A DNA stretch of 64,000 nt from a virus (Duplodnaviria; Caudoviricetes). The notes under the pieces were generated by a model that was not told the origin of the DNA, searched no databases, and was given only the letters and a program-made list of their open reading frames with translations. Positions 1-11,290 of this stretch are shown one piece after another; the first letter of the stretch is position 1, and every line of letters begins with the position of its first letter. Where the stretch lies: the IMG/VR virus record IMGVR_UViG_3300028886_000035, positions 192,001 through 256,000 of that record. The stretch is one strand, 5' to 3'. The translations under genes were made by a program, and so were the position numbers.

Positions 1-174
1 AATGTATGAGGATATTGTCTAAATTGTTCAGTAAACCATACAAAATATTTCGTACCACGAATATTGATAACTATCTGATAACGATTTATATATACTTCTG
101 AAAAATAATATTCTTTTTGTATACGCTTTACTTTAGATATATGTTTTTCAGATATAATATTATCTTCTAAAGCA

Positions 175-1056
175 CTATTGTTTATTGTTATAGCTTCCAT
201 GTATATACTCCATTTCTTTTAATTGTTCATACGAATACAACAAAGAATAATTGTTTATCTGTATTGACCATAGTATTTTTGTATGTTCATCATCTGCGTA
301 TATAGCATTTATATTATTACTATATTTAATACCTATATTGTCTAAAATTTCTCGTATATTCAAATCCTCTGTTTTTATATGCAATTCATAATTTATTTCA
401 TCTAATTCTTTTTGTTTTTGTTCCATTGATTTAGATAACATTGAACGTATAAAAAAAACTAATCCATCATATTTTACTTTATTATTTGTATATCCATAAC
501 ATATAACAATATCTTTTTGTTTGAACGATGTATATATATCAACTATACTTTGCAAATATTCTTTTGTTCCCATAATCCCAAAGTCGCAATTACTCCATGC
601 AGTAGCCAATTCAGGATAACGTTTTTTATATAAACTTTGCGATAAAAATAATTCTCTAGGAAACTTATTTATATTAGTATCATAATAATTATATATATAT
701 TCATCTGCACCAATCATATAGTAAAATGTCATATTATATTGTTTTCGTTTCCATATTTGCATTTGATTACTAACATAATGAATTTGTCTACTATCAAATC
801 CAAAAATAGGTTTATATAACAACCTATTTTTTTTATTATAAAAATTTGTTTTTTCATATGATTGTAAAACATAAGGCTTATTATGAAACATAAATGGCGT
901 TAAATGATATAAATTTTGTAAACATTGTATACCTCTTTCATGCTCTGCACAATGACCGCAAGACAAATCCATACCTACAATAATATGTTTATTCGTATTA
1001 TACAAATCATCTGTATATATAAATGTAGGTCTAAAACTTCTTCGCATAATTATCAC
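175..1056 (-). CDS. hypothetical phage protein
   Basis: 293 aa ORF with RBS; no recognisable family motif. Confidence 0.6.
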   Translation of the reverse strand: MIIMRRSFRPTFIYTDDLYNTNKHIIVGMDLSCGHCAEHERGIQCLQNLYHLTPFMFHNKPYVLQSYEKTNFYNKKNRLLYKPIFGFDSRQIHYVSNQMQIWKRKQYNMTFYYMIGADEYIYNYYDTNINKFPRELFLSQSLYKKRYPELATAWSNCDFGIMGTKEYLQSIVDIYTSFKQKDIVICYGYTNNKVKYDGLVFFIRSMLSKSMEQKQKELDEINYELHIKTEDLNIREILDNIGIKYSNNINAIYADDEHTKILWSIQINNYSLLYSYEQLKEMEYIHGSYNNKQ

Positions 1057-1512
1057 CTTACTTAATTATAAAGGATAACTAACAAAAAAGCAAGGGATTT
1101 TGTTCCCTTGCTTTTAATTACATTACTCATCAGAACTGAAAAACGTTACAACCCAAACCTTTATTTTAATTACCTCCTAAAACTTATCTCGTTTAACTAT
1201 ATATAGTATAACAGATATTACTTATTTTATCAATAACTTTTTTATTATAAAATAATTAATAGGACGCAAAAACCGCCTACCATAAATGGTGGCGGTAAAT
1301 GCGAGAGATAAACAAATATAAGTAAGATAACGCCTGTGATTTATGCAACAGTAACCGTTCACGTATTACTACATTACTTAGTTTGCCTTTTGTCGCAAAT
1401 TGGAGGTGAGCGTACAATCGGTAAAGAAACCTGTTTGCATACTTAATAGGTGGTTCAAGCCTACTCACTTGTTTTTGCGTTATACAATTTCAAAGTTTTT
1501 CTTTGTATATTT

Positions 1513-1541
1513 ATTATACCATATTAATTTTTTTTTGTCAA
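1513..1541 (-). promoter_or_regulatory. sigmaA-type early promoter (representative of many similar ones in the window)
   Basis: minus strand TTGACA-17 nt-TATAAT with extended TG. Confidence 0.8.
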
Positions 1542-1770
1542 GAACTTTTTTCTTTTCTAAAACCTCTGTTCTTGATTACATATATATCTTATCACACATT
1601 GTCATAAAAGTCAATGGTTTTTTGAAGTTCTTTTGTTCTTGAAGTATCTGTTTTTCTTTACATATATACTATCACAAACAAACAAGTTTGTCAACATGCT
1701 TAAAGTTTTATATGTAAAATGTTTTATTCTATATAAAAGAAAAAGGACGGTCTTTTGACCGCCCGCCCGA

Positions 1771-2085
1771 TTAGTTCAGATATTCAATCGGGCAATCGTA
1801 TTTTTCTTCAACTGCTTTTTTAATGAAACGAGCAAGTTTCACAGCGTTTTCATTCCTTGCATCCGTTCCGCAATCAGAAAACGCGCCAATGGCTTTTACC
1901 ATTAAAATAATCTCATCATACTGCAAAGAACGATGGTCTTTCTGTAAGGTGGAAATAAATCCATCCGTTAATGGTTTCTGCCCGCTCATACCGCTCGTAT
2001 TAAGAGCATCCGACATGTTACGTGCAAGTTTGACACCCATATCATATTTTTCTTTTTCGTAATTCATCATTTTGTGTTCCTCCAT
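1771..2085 (-). CDS. hypothetical early protein
   Basis: ORF between a promoter and a terminator hairpin. Confidence 0.65.
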   Translation of the reverse strand: MEEHKMMNYEKEKYDMGVKLARNMSDALNTSGMSGQKPLTDGFISTLQKDHRSLQYDEIILMVKAIGAFSDCGTDARNENAVKLARFIKKAVEEKYDCPIEYLN

Positions 2086-2317
2086 TTTCTCTAGTGAACT
2101 GTATCTCTTAACTGTCTATATAATACCATATCACACAATCATTGTCAATACTTTTTATATAAAAATTTTTCTTGATTTTGTGCTTTTAAGTTGATTGACT
2201 TTTTACCATAAAACATTTTACAAAAAAATTTTTAGTACCTGTTATAAAGTTTGACTTTTTGACTATTTAATCAATGGAAAAAGGAAAAAGAGTATTTAAT
2301 ATAAAGAGGTAATAATA

Positions 2318-2722
2318 ATGTTTGGTTTAATTCCTTTTGAAAACAAAGAAATGGATAGTATTTTTAATGATGGATTTTTTGATGGATTTAAGTTTCCACA
2401 AGTACATCAAGATATGAAATGTGACGTAGAAGATACAGAAAAGTCATATATTGTTACTGCGGAGGTTGCAGGTTTTGACAAGAATGATATTAAAGTATCA
2501 ACTAAGGATGACGTTCTGACAATTGCAGTTGAACACAAGGAAGATACAAAGGATGATAAGAAGTATCTTTGTCACGAAAGAAGTTATAGCAAGGTGTCAC
2601 GTAGCTTTAGACTTCCTAACATGAACAAGCAGGATATTAAAGCTAATTTGAAAGATGGTATTTTAACCATTACTGTTAATAAGGACGAAAAACAGGAAGA
2701 TAAGTATATCGCTATTGAATAA
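2318..2722 (+). CDS. small heat shock protein (Hsp20/alpha-crystallin)
   Basis: DVEDTEKSYIVTAEVAG, ERSYSKVSRSFRLP, ANLKDGILTITV motifs. Confidence 0.93.
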   Translation: MFGLIPFENKEMDSIFNDGFFDGFKFPQVHQDMKCDVEDTEKSYIVTAEVAGFDKNDIKVSTKDDVLTIAVEHKEDTKDDKKYLCHERSYSKVSRSFRLPNMNKQDIKANLKDGILTITVNKDEKQEDKYIAIE

Positions 2723-2869
2723 TTAGATATAATAAAAAAGAATAGTACATATAATAAAACTGTTATGATTTATAAAAGAGACTTGCAAAAAAGTCTCTTT
2801 TTTGTTATACTATCAACGTAGAATATTTTTATTCTATGTGTTTTATTATAACAATGAGGTGATGTAATC

Positions 2870-3118
2870 ATGGTTAATTTAATAGAGCAATCTCACAAGC
2901 GTTTGAGTTTGAGAGAGTGCGGAGGTTTAGCAAAGATAGCACAGAAATATCATGCAAGTATTAAGGTTTATAATGATAACAATTCTGCCAATGCAAAAAG
3001 TATATTAAGTGTTTTAGACTTATGTATTTTACCGAATCAAATATTGGTAATTAACATTAGTGGAGTAGATGAACGACCAGCATTTAATGAAATTAAAAAG
3101 TATTTACGCGAATTATAA
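2870..3118 (+). CDS. HPr-family protein lacking His15 (Crh-like)
   Basis: ANAKSILSV (Ser46 motif) and SGVDE retained; the GLHARP site reads RLSLRE. Confidence 0.8.
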   Translation: MVNLIEQSHKRLSLRECGGLAKIAQKYHASIKVYNDNNSANAKSILSVLDLCILPNQILVINISGVDERPAFNEIKKYLREL

Positions 3119-3358
3119 TTAAATAAAACGTAAACGGATAATGTGAAAACACATTATCCATGAATGGAAAGTGTATGCAAGATAGGCATATTTTTTTTAT
3201 GCCTTTTTCACAATGTAAAATGTCTTATCTAATTTTTTACATAAAACATTTTACACTATGAAAAAAGAAGTAGTTTTTAATATGCGCAGGAAAAACAGGA
3301 TTTTTGAATTATACGCTTTTATTTCATTTATATAAAAAACTATTCAAACAAGGGTGAT

Positions 3359-3637
3359 TTGAAAATGATAAATGGAATAAAGGAGGTATTAGAAGCCTCT
3401 AAAGAAATTTGGCGTGAAGATTATATGGATGTGTTTTATAATATGAAAGATAAAAAAGTTTTCTATGTTATAAAACCGTTGAAAGATGTATCAAAACATT
3501 TTTATAACATACGTGAATTTGTTAATATCAATACAGTATTTGTTACGAGCATTTATTCAAATTATAAATTCAATGAAACCATTTTAGAAAATTTGGTTAA
3601 TAAAGCAGTAGCAGATTTTATAAATATACACAAATAA
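3359..3637 (+). CDS. hypothetical protein
   Basis: ORF followed by a bidirectional hairpin. Confidence 0.5.
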   Translation: MKMINGIKEVLEASKEIWREDYMDVFYNMKDKKVFYVIKPLKDVSKHFYNIREFVNINTVFVTSIYSNYKFNETILENLVNKAVADFINIHK

Positions 3638-3676
3638 AACATATAAATAAAAGAGACTAGATAGCTAGTCTCTTTT

Positions 3677-4072
3677 TTATAATCCGCTATATAGTGTAAT
3701 AGGTAAAATTACTTTATGATAGAATAGTTTTTTATATCCATCAATGCAATCTTTTGCGTCATTTTCTTTTTCAAAACGTATTTTTTTATTCATATAATCA
3801 TACGTCCCATTATATTTTCTTATTCTATTATCTGTTCTGTGTTCAGAAACAATGTTATATCTACAAATATTTATCCCGAATAATATATCAATGTCAATGT
3901 AATAAGATATATCATCTTTCTTATAAATAAGGAAGGGATATGTCATTGATGTATACATAAGATATTTTATTATGCGTTTTCTAAAAATGTCTTTTTCTTG
4001 TTCTGTATATGTTTTCCATTTTGTATGTTTCGTATTTTTCTTTACATAGTACTCGATGGTATATCTTTTCAT
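3677..4072 (-). CDS. hypothetical protein
   Basis: 131 aa ORF with RBS. Confidence 0.55.
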   Translation of the reverse strand: MKRYTIEYYVKKNTKHTKWKTYTEQEKDIFRKRIIKYLMYTSMTYPFLIYKKDDISYYIDIDILFGINICRYNIVSEHRTDNRIRKYNGTYDYMNKKIRFEKENDAKDCIDGYKKLFYHKVILPITLYSGL

Positions 4073-4147
4073 AGTTATCCCCCAATACCATTATAACAAA
4101 AATGATTTGATATAAAAAGAGGGAATATATTTTCCCTCTCCTACTCG

Positions 4148-4576
4148 TTACAGTTTTGTCACTTGACCTGTGAAAACATTAATGACTTCTGTACCACCAC
4201 CAAAGGCAGAACGCATTTCTGCTAGTTCTTCTTCACTCGGTTTGTGATTTGCCATTTGTTCACGATAGGATTTAATAAATTCCTCATTAGCCTTTTTCAA
4301 TGCCCTGCTATGTTTGACTAAATCAATATTTCCGTGCATTTTAGTATAGTAGAAACCTGCTACATCCATTGGAGCAATACGCATTTCGTTTGGAAGAATC
4401 CAATATAATACACCATCCTTGACAGTAGATTTATTTGGATTTTTCAATTCTTCTTTCAAGTGCTCTAATTCATCCTTATACGTATCGGGATAAAGGTGAT
4501 AGAATGAAACATAAACCTCGTTCGCTACACTTACCTGTTCTTCAAAAAGTTCTTTCGTCATTTTCATTGTGCTCAC
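4148..4576 (-). CDS. hypothetical phage protein
   Basis: promoter-flanked ORF; C-terminal EMRSAFGGGTEVINVFTG resembles a conserved phage motif. Confidence 0.65.
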   Translation of the reverse strand: MSTMKMTKELFEEQVSVANEVYVSFYHLYPDTYKDELEHLKEELKNPNKSTVKDGVLYWILPNEMRIAPMDVAGFYYTKMHGNIDLVKHSRALKKANEEFIKSYREQMANHKPSEEELAEMRSAFGGGTEVINVFTGQVTKL

Positions 4577-4913
4577 GAACCTTTCTTCAATAGCGTCTGT
4601 TTATCTCTATGGTTATAGTATAGCAAACTATGTGCAATTTGTCAAGCACTTTTTTATATATATTTCGTAGCAAGCAAGATTGTAAAATGTTTTATCAATA
4701 AACAATCTATATTCCGTTTTACTTTATAAACGGCATAAGTATTATGCTATAACCAGCTCGTATAGGCTTACACTTCACCTGTAACGTGCCTTAATAGCAA
4801 AACAGGTATAGTTATATGTATTGACTGAAAAACTGCAAAAGAAAACGCTATCTATGATTACGTGTAGCAAATAAAAAAGCAGGAAGGGTATTTCACCTTC
4901 CTGTTCTATTTTG

Positions 4914-5489
4914 TTATACACGTTCCATGACTTCAAAATCCATCCCTTTCCAATTCGGAATGTTGGCACAAAAACCGTGATTGACAGAACGTAAACCCTT
5001 TGTCTTGCGTTTTCCGAACGGATTGTTATTAACAATACGGAATGTATCTTCTTCACAACCATTCCCAAAGCAAAATGGTTTTTTGAATTTGATAACTGTT
5101 CCCATAGCAAGGGATTTGACCATTTCTTTACGAGAAAGAACCTTATGAACGGTTTCCCTCCACTTTTTTGACCAATCATTGCAAGGCTCACTCTGTTCTA
5201 CGATTTTCATAATTCTTGCAGGGCAGTTATAATAATATGGATTTACTGATTCGTCCATATCCTTATAAGAGAAATTATATTCTTTATCCCTGCTAAAATG
5301 CACCTTGCAAACCATTGCAAAATACTGTTTCTTAGACGGAATGTATACCGCCCGATAATACTCACTCATATTTACGAGTGCGCCTTTACCAATAAACTTA
5401 AAATCGTCACTCTCCATTTCTTTTTCAAAAAAATCATCAATGCTCATACCATAATCCTTGTGAAGTGAAGTCCAACCCATGATAATCAC
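4914..5489 (-). CDS. conserved phage/plasmid protein (DUF6927-like)
   Basis: MGWTS start and YKDMDESVNPYYYNCP motif. Confidence 0.65.
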   Translation of the reverse strand: MIIMGWTSLHKDYGMSIDDFFEKEMESDDFKFIGKGALVNMSEYYRAVYIPSKKQYFAMVCKVHFSRDKEYNFSYKDMDESVNPYYYNCPARIMKIVEQSEPCNDWSKKWRETVHKVLSRKEMVKSLAMGTVIKFKKPFCFGNGCEEDTFRIVNNNPFGKRKTKGLRSVNHGFCANIPNWKGMDFEVMERV

Positions 5490-5773
5490 TTTTCCTTTCT
5501 TTTCTTAAAAATGAACCTTATCTCTTACTGTCTTTATTATATCTGATATGGAACGTTTTGTCAATAACTTTTTTATTCATTTCTTGATTTTTTTTATTCC
5601 CCCCCCTGTCTATGGTTATAGTATATCAAACTACAAGTACTTTGTCAAGAAGTTTTTTATATTTTTTGGCAGAAAAATTTTTGTCATAAAACATTTTACA
5701 ATTTATATACATATACAAAATAGGGAGAAATGATTTTCATTTCTCCCCAATTTGATTTATTTATATCTTTTTT

Positions 5774-5980
5774 TTATTTTTTTTCGGTATCAAAAGTTCT
5801 TAACAACTTTACAAGAAGAAAAGTTGAATTTGTTTTACCAATTCTATACATATTTCCTGTAAATTTGTTTCTTCTTTCAATAAGAAATTCCTCCCCATTT
5901 TTTGTTAAATAATAGCTATAGCTATTATTGGTGTTCAGTTTGTCAACAATATCAAATGCTTTCATTAAGTAGTTATCCAT
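5774..5980 (-). CDS. small hypothetical protein, distant paralog of 7034-7246
   Basis: RBS GGAGGT; similar residue pattern. Confidence 0.6.
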   Translation of the reverse strand: MDNYLMKAFDIVDKLNTNNSYSYYLTKNGEEFLIERRNKFTGNMYRIGKTNSTFLLVKLLRTFDTEKK

Positions 5981-6159
5981 TTTTGATTACCTCCATCAAT
6001 TCATATAATTTGTTTCCATTTCCTTATCTCTGTAAACAGTATAGCATATAGCACTATGTTTGTCAAGATGTTTTTTATATTTTTGGCAGAAAAATTTTTG
6101 TCATAAAACATTTTACAAAAAGTCTATAGAAAAAGCAGGGATACCTCACCCTGCTTTTA

Positions 6160-6603
6160 TTACAGTTCAACAATATCCAATTTATGTGATTTATCTGCTC
6201 TCATACCACAATGAACACCACAAGTCTTTTTATTTTTCAAATTACCTGTATATACGTCAATAATATTACCACAATCACACTTGCAACGCATTTTTGCATT
6301 ATGGAACTTACCACTATCATCATAGTATGCTTTTTGTACAATCGAAATGACAGTTAACGTACCGAATCTACGTCCAATCCATTTGCTCTCATATGCCTTT
6401 TCTTTACAGTCTTTACACATGGTTACGTTACCACTTTTTAGATACTGCAAGGGTACAATAATATGATTTCCACACTCGCACTCGCATTCATACATAGCAA
6501 GTGTTTTACCATGATTTCCAATTTCCTTGTTCTCTACATATCGAACAATAGTCAGTTTACCAAATTTATGACCAACAAAACTATCTACGTCAAATGTTCT
6601 CAT
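6160..6603 (-). CDS. Cys-rich DNA-binding protein with two homing-endonuclease-associated repeats
   Basis: GHKFGKLTIV...CECECGN and GRRFGTLTV...CKCDCGN repeats; no nuclease domain seen. Confidence 0.65.
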   Translation of the reverse strand: MRTFDVDSFVGHKFGKLTIVRYVENKEIGNHGKTLAMYECECECGNHIIVPLQYLKSGNVTMCKDCKEKAYESKWIGRRFGTLTVISIVQKAYYDDSGKFHNAKMRCKCDCGNIIDVYTGNLKNKKTCGVHCGMRADKSHKLDIVEL

Positions 6604-6620
6604 TTCAAAAACTCCTTTTC

Positions 6621-6869
6621 TTAAATATCCTCTAGCGAAACTCCATCTTCAGTCATAGATATTTTTGTTAAAATCCATGACTTATCAATTACCATTGTTG
6701 TATCATCTTTACCTGTATAAACCATAATTATTGGTTCATTACCAAGATTAATGATACTTTTCACAGTAACAATCTGGTCTGCTAAATATTTTCGTTTTAG
6801 TTCTTCTTCTTTAGGCAAATCATTAATTGGTTTAATGACTACAGAATCGCCAATTTGCAAATTCATCAT
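6621..6869 (-). CDS. small hypothetical protein (SH3/KOW-like)
   Basis: LQIGDSVVIK start; RBS. Confidence 0.5.
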   Translation of the reverse strand: MMNLQIGDSVVIKPINDLPKEEELKRKYLADQIVTVKSIINLGNEPIIMVYTGKDDTTMVIDKSWILTKISMTEDGVSLEDI

Positions 6870-7033
6870 AAAAGTCTCCTTATTGTGATTTAATCTTTCT
6901 TAAAAACATTAACCAGCGTAGGTAATCTTTATTTTGTCTCTTTGTTTTATTATATATCATAGATTTTTATTTGTCAAGACTTTTTGTATTTTTTTGTTTT
7001 TGAAATAAAAGCAGGAATTTCACCTGCTTTTAT

Positions 7034-7246
7034 TTAATCACGTTCACTATGATATTTTACCTCATCATAAATTCCTTCAAGTGTAATGCGTAACCTACGT
7101 TCTGTATTGGCAAAAGCAATATCATAACGTTCATCTGTTGGAAGATTAATGCGAACAACCACATAATCTCCTGCAATTTTCGTTACAAGATAATCATTGT
7201 TTTTATCCATAGCATTGATTTTTTCAAGCAAATCGAAAATCTCCAT
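7034..7246 (-). CDS. small hypothetical early protein
   Basis: RBS GGAGGT, own promoter and terminator. Confidence 0.65.
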   Translation of the reverse strand: MEIFDLLEKINAMDKNNDYLVTKIAGDYVVVRINLPTDERYDIAFANTERRLRITLEGIYDEVKYHSERD

Positions 7247-7764
7247 TTGTAACTACCTCCATTAACACTTAAATTCTTGTTTCTATGATTATATAATAAC
7301 ACATGATACAATATTTGTCAAGAGCTTTTGTATATTTTGTTTTTGAAATAAAAGCAGGAATTTCACCTGCTTTTTTAATATGCGTTTTTATGTTCACTAC
7401 AAGACTGCACTTCATTATAAATTCCTTCAAGCATAACGTCAAAATTACATATAAATAAGAATAAATATGTATAATTTTGTTTAGAATTCTAAATTCAAAG
7501 TATCGTTAATGTACTCACCTTAATCTTTTTTCAAGATACGGTATTTTGTTTAATTAATTCTATGTATGTTGTTTTGAATTCTTCGTGGGTTTTGTAAATT
7601 GGAATGAATTTATTTGGTTCAATTTCCTGATGACAGGATTTTTTCAAAACGTTTGAGAGAATCCTGTTTTTTTTAGTTTCAATATTATTTCACCTCCATC
7701 CTGTATTAAATATATGTCAAATTAAACATTTTATGATATATTTGTACAAAAAGTTGCAAAATAA

Positions 7765-7941
7765 TTACTTGTAATATATAATACGTAACATGTTTTCCAT
7801 ATCCACAAAATTATTACAAATTTTGTCTGTTTCAAGATTTATACGCCTAAGTACATAATGTCATCCTGCAAATTTCGTTACAAGATAATCATTGTTTTTA
7901 TCCATAGCAACTAACTTTTCAAGTAAATCAAAAATCACCAT
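7765..7941 (-). pseudogene. degraded paralog of 7034-7246
   Basis: MVIFDLLEKLVAMDKNNDYLVTKFAG*HYVLRRINL, with in-frame TGA at 7861-7863. Confidence 0.75.
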
Positions 7942-8066
7942 TTGCAACTACCACAACAAAAATATTTATCAACTATGTACAGTATATCAAATAATTTTCT
8001 ATATGTCAATAAAAATTGCTATCATAAAACATTTTACAATAAAAAATAGAGGATATATATCCTCTA

Positions 8067-9296
8067 TCACGTTAAATCTTTTGTTTTTTGTAAATATGTT
8101 TCTATTTCGTTCATAGTTATATATCTACCTGCTTTTGTTTTTATCAAACTAATAGGCATATGATTTTTCAAATTAAACATATATCCTTGATATTCTTTTG
8201 GTACTAATTTTTGTACTGACTTCCCATAATCAGATTTATTATTTATATTCTTCACTATATCATAATATCTATATATCATATCACGTTTTATACGCATATA
8301 TGTATATATTTTTTCTGCTTTTTCATTCAAAACAGTATGATATACAGTAGGAACTTTAGCCAACAAATCATCATAATAATCATCTGCTATAGCTTTAATA
8401 ATTGTTTTACTAGATGTTTCATCTGATAGTATATGACTTAATTCCAAATAATCAGTACACTTTAGTTTATATCTATGATTATCAATTGTGATAACCCAAC
8501 CCTCTTTATCCGAACCTTTGTAAGTATCACGATTACACATAACTTCATTGAATGATTTTGTATCTATTTGTGTCATAGGAATATGATACTTATCAGAAAA
8601 TTCTTTTTTAATATACTTATATCCATATTCTATTCCATTTGTGACATTACGTACACCAATCAGATAAATACCCTGTTGTGATTTATCATAGATAACTACA
8701 TGCCTATCATTCAATGAAATATATTCAAAAATGAATGTTTTATCAGGATTATTCATAATCATTTGTTTGTGATTATATGATAGCATAGTTTCTGCTTCTG
8801 CCAATCTAAAATTTTGTTCTTTATCTAATGACCCTGTACCACCTAACACAAAATGATTATCATAATATCTAACAGACAAAAGTGAACCATCTAGTTTATT
8901 TGTTATTTCTACATCTTTTGCATTTTTCAAATATGATTGAATTTTATCAATATATGTTTCTTCAATCTCGCCTATATTGAAAAATTTTCTAAATGGACAT
9001 AATACAATTGTATCTTTTTCTACATCTATTGTAAGACCACGCATTTCACGATAAATAGAATTTTCATTACGATATATATCATTGTCTCCACCTTTAATAA
9101 GTGAATATTTGAATAAATTATATGTTCCATACACAATGATATTTACGCATTTCAAAAAGTTATTATATTTATCTGTATTTAAATAGATACACATATCTTC
9201 TACACTATATGTATCTAGTTTATCTATTTGCTTTTTGTTCATATACTGATATTTTATCTTCATAACATAGTTATATGCTATATTCCAATCAAACAT
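8067..9296 (-). CDS. T4 Rnl1-type RNA ligase
   Basis: PFRKFFNIGE, motif I KLDGSL, TFIFEY, motif IV EGWVI, motif V RYKLK. Confidence 0.9.
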   Translation of the reverse strand: MFDWNIAYNYVMKIKYQYMNKKQIDKLDTYSVEDMCIYLNTDKYNNFLKCVNIIVYGTYNLFKYSLIKGGDNDIYRNENSIYREMRGLTIDVEKDTIVLCPFRKFFNIGEIEETYIDKIQSYLKNAKDVEITNKLDGSLLSVRYYDNHFVLGGTGSLDKEQNFRLAEAETMLSYNHKQMIMNNPDKTFIFEYISLNDRHVVIYDKSQQGIYLIGVRNVTNGIEYGYKYIKKEFSDKYHIPMTQIDTKSFNEVMCNRDTYKGSDKEGWVITIDNHRYKLKCTDYLELSHILSDETSSKTIIKAIADDYYDDLLAKVPTVYHTVLNEKAEKIYTYMRIKRDMIYRYYDIVKNINNKSDYGKSVQKLVPKEYQGYMFNLKNHMPISLIKTKAGRYITMNEIETYLQKTKDLT

Positions 9297-9458
9297 ATTG
9301 TATCACCACCATATACAATCATATCATTTATAGAAATATTTGTCAATCAAAATTTGTAAAATGTTTTATACCAAATCAAATTCCAAATCATAAAACATTT
9401 TACAAATATCATAAAATTAAAAAGGAAAGGTTTCCCCTTCCTTGTACTTTATCAACGC

Positions 9459-9968
9459 TCATAGTGTACTTTCGTGTACTTTCAGATTGTATTTCTCAAT
9501 CAGATTATCTGCTTTGTGTTTCCAAATTTCATGCAGATTATTTTCATAGATATAGATTGCAAGCGTCCCCTTAATCCCTTCATCATCTGCGCCCTTGCAA
9601 AGTGCAATCAACTTTTCTGCTTCATCAACAGACACAAGCAGGTGATTTGCAAGTGCTTTTACGTCATTATTTTTAATGAAGTATGCACCATTTTCCACCT
9701 CATACATTGGGCAACCGTCCACGTCACGAAGATGAAATTCAAATAAATCTGCAATAGCAGGGAACTTGCGTTCCGTATCATGAAGGCAAGCACCAAAGGA
9801 AACAGGATTAGCATAACGCTTATCACGTTTACCTTTTCTCGTGGCTTTCCATGTTTCATGCGTCACGGAAAAATACGGCTTCTGCTTTCCAATCTGATTA
9901 AGCTCTCCAAAAACAGTAATCAGATACCCATTGGAAATTTTGTTTGCGACCTCGTAATTGTTGAACAT
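9459..9968 (-). CDS. hypothetical early protein
   Basis: promoter-RBS-ORF-terminator cassette. Confidence 0.65.
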   Translation of the reverse strand: MFNNYEVANKISNGYLITVFGELNQIGKQKPYFSVTHETWKATRKGKRDKRYANPVSFGACLHDTERKFPAIADLFEFHLRDVDGCPMYEVENGAYFIKNNDVKALANHLLVSVDEAEKLIALCKGADDEGIKGTLAIYIYENNLHEIWKHKADNLIEKYNLKVHESTL

Positions 9969-10259
9969 TGTAATTACTTCCTTTCATACGTGAACCTTAT
10001 CTCTATGGTTATATATTACCACATCTTAGATACTTTGTCAAGAACTTTTTTATTTTTTCTTGGTTACTGTATCTATTGCCTTTCGACACTTATATAGTAA
10101 CACATATCAATATATTTGTCAATAGTTTTTGTATATTTTTTTTGAAAAGATTTTATTCGTATAAAACATTTTACAAAAATCAATATACACAAAATTGTAA
10201 AATGTTTTATACCAAATATTGTTTATCAAAAGAAGGAAGAACTATTTCTTCCTTCTTGC

Positions 10260-10634
10260 TTATTTTGTTTTAGACAAATTATCCCAAAAACTTTGTGACG
10301 GTTTAGCAGATGAAAGAATATAAATATCCAACCCTTCATTATTTCCAACACATTCAAATCCACTAGATTTATATAAATTAACTGCTACTGTATTGTCAGG
10401 TGCTACACACAAAGCATTTGCTCCTTTTTTCAAGCAATAATCAAATAATGTCCTGCCTAATCCTTGACCTCTAAATTGTGGTTCAATTTCTAAATTACCT
10501 ACCCATGTAAGATTATCAGATGAATATTTGTATAAATCTACTGTACCTAAATAAGTAGCCCCGTTATACATATTAATATTCGTTTTATTTCCTTCTTGTT
10601 CTTCTTCAAATTTGATATTAGCTAAACGTTTCAT
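10260..10634 (-). CDS. GNAT acetyltransferase with N-terminal MKRLA tag
   Basis: FRGQGLGRTL acetyl-CoA motif, N..AVNLYKSSGF; RBS supports start at 10634. Confidence 0.85.
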   Translation of the reverse strand: MKRLANIKFEEEQEGNKTNINMYNGATYLGTVDLYKYSSDNLTWVGNLEIEPQFRGQGLGRTLFDYCLKKGANALCVAPDNTVAVNLYKSSGFECVGNNEGLDIYILSSAKPSQSFWDNLSKTK

Positions 10635-10724
10635 AATATTATCTCCTATATAAAACATTTTACATTATTATTATATCGGTATCTACCACTATTTATTATA
10701 TTTATAGAAGGGTGGAATACAATA

Positions 10725-11126
10725 ATGGATAATCCGTATGAAAAATTACAGCCTAAATCATTTACTCTATTGGCAGAACAACAAATAAATGATATTAATC
10801 ATAAAGGGATTATGGGTAAAAATCTATTTATCAAAACATGTATAAATAATATGTATGATTACATAGATGAATTTTATTTTGATTTGTTTACAAATCACAT
10901 AGACATATTTTATTTTATGACGGTTTACGATAATGGCAACGAAAATATTATTGACAAAAAATTAAGAGACATTATAACTAACACATTCATACAAAGTTAT
11001 TTGCATATTGTCAACAATAATTTATTAGATAAAAATATATTCAATCAGTCACTTATAAATAAAACAATCAAACAAGTTTTTGATAACCCTAGAAAAGTAA
11101 ATATGCTTTATAAAAAGAACAATTAA
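10725..11126 (+). CDS. hypothetical protein
   Basis: 133 aa ORF with RBS. Confidence 0.5.
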   Translation: MDNPYEKLQPKSFTLLAEQQINDINHKGIMGKNLFIKTCINNMYDYIDEFYFDLFTNHIDIFYFMTVYDNGNENIIDKKLRDIITNTFIQSYLHIVNNNLLDKNIFNQSLINKTIKQVFDNPRKVNMLYKKNN

Positions 11127-11214
11127 ACCTTCTAAAATCGTTTGTATCACGTTTTAATCAACAAACAGATATAGTTATATACGTTACATAATTTAACTAT
11201 GCTACAATCGAAAT

Positions 11215-11290
11215 TTGACATCCTCCAACGACTGAAGTCGTTGGATTCCTAAGTGACTAACGTTTCTTGCTACCTCCACGGCAGTCTTAA
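11215..11290 (-). mobile_element. IS200/IS605-like end hairpin remnant
   Basis: TTGACA-CCAACGACTGAAGTCGTTGG-ATTCCTA, same frame as elements at 46175 and 61570. Confidence 0.6.

Noticed and set aside
1262-1500. GC-richer intergenic stretch as a riboswitch or IS remnant
   Set aside because: One IS-end-like hairpin (~1272-1295), but I could not assign any family or find a second copy
2190-2270. CIRCE or CtsR box upstream of Hsp20
   Set aside because: TTTGACT repeats have 1-nt rather than 3-nt spacing, and only a partial CIRCE-like half site is present
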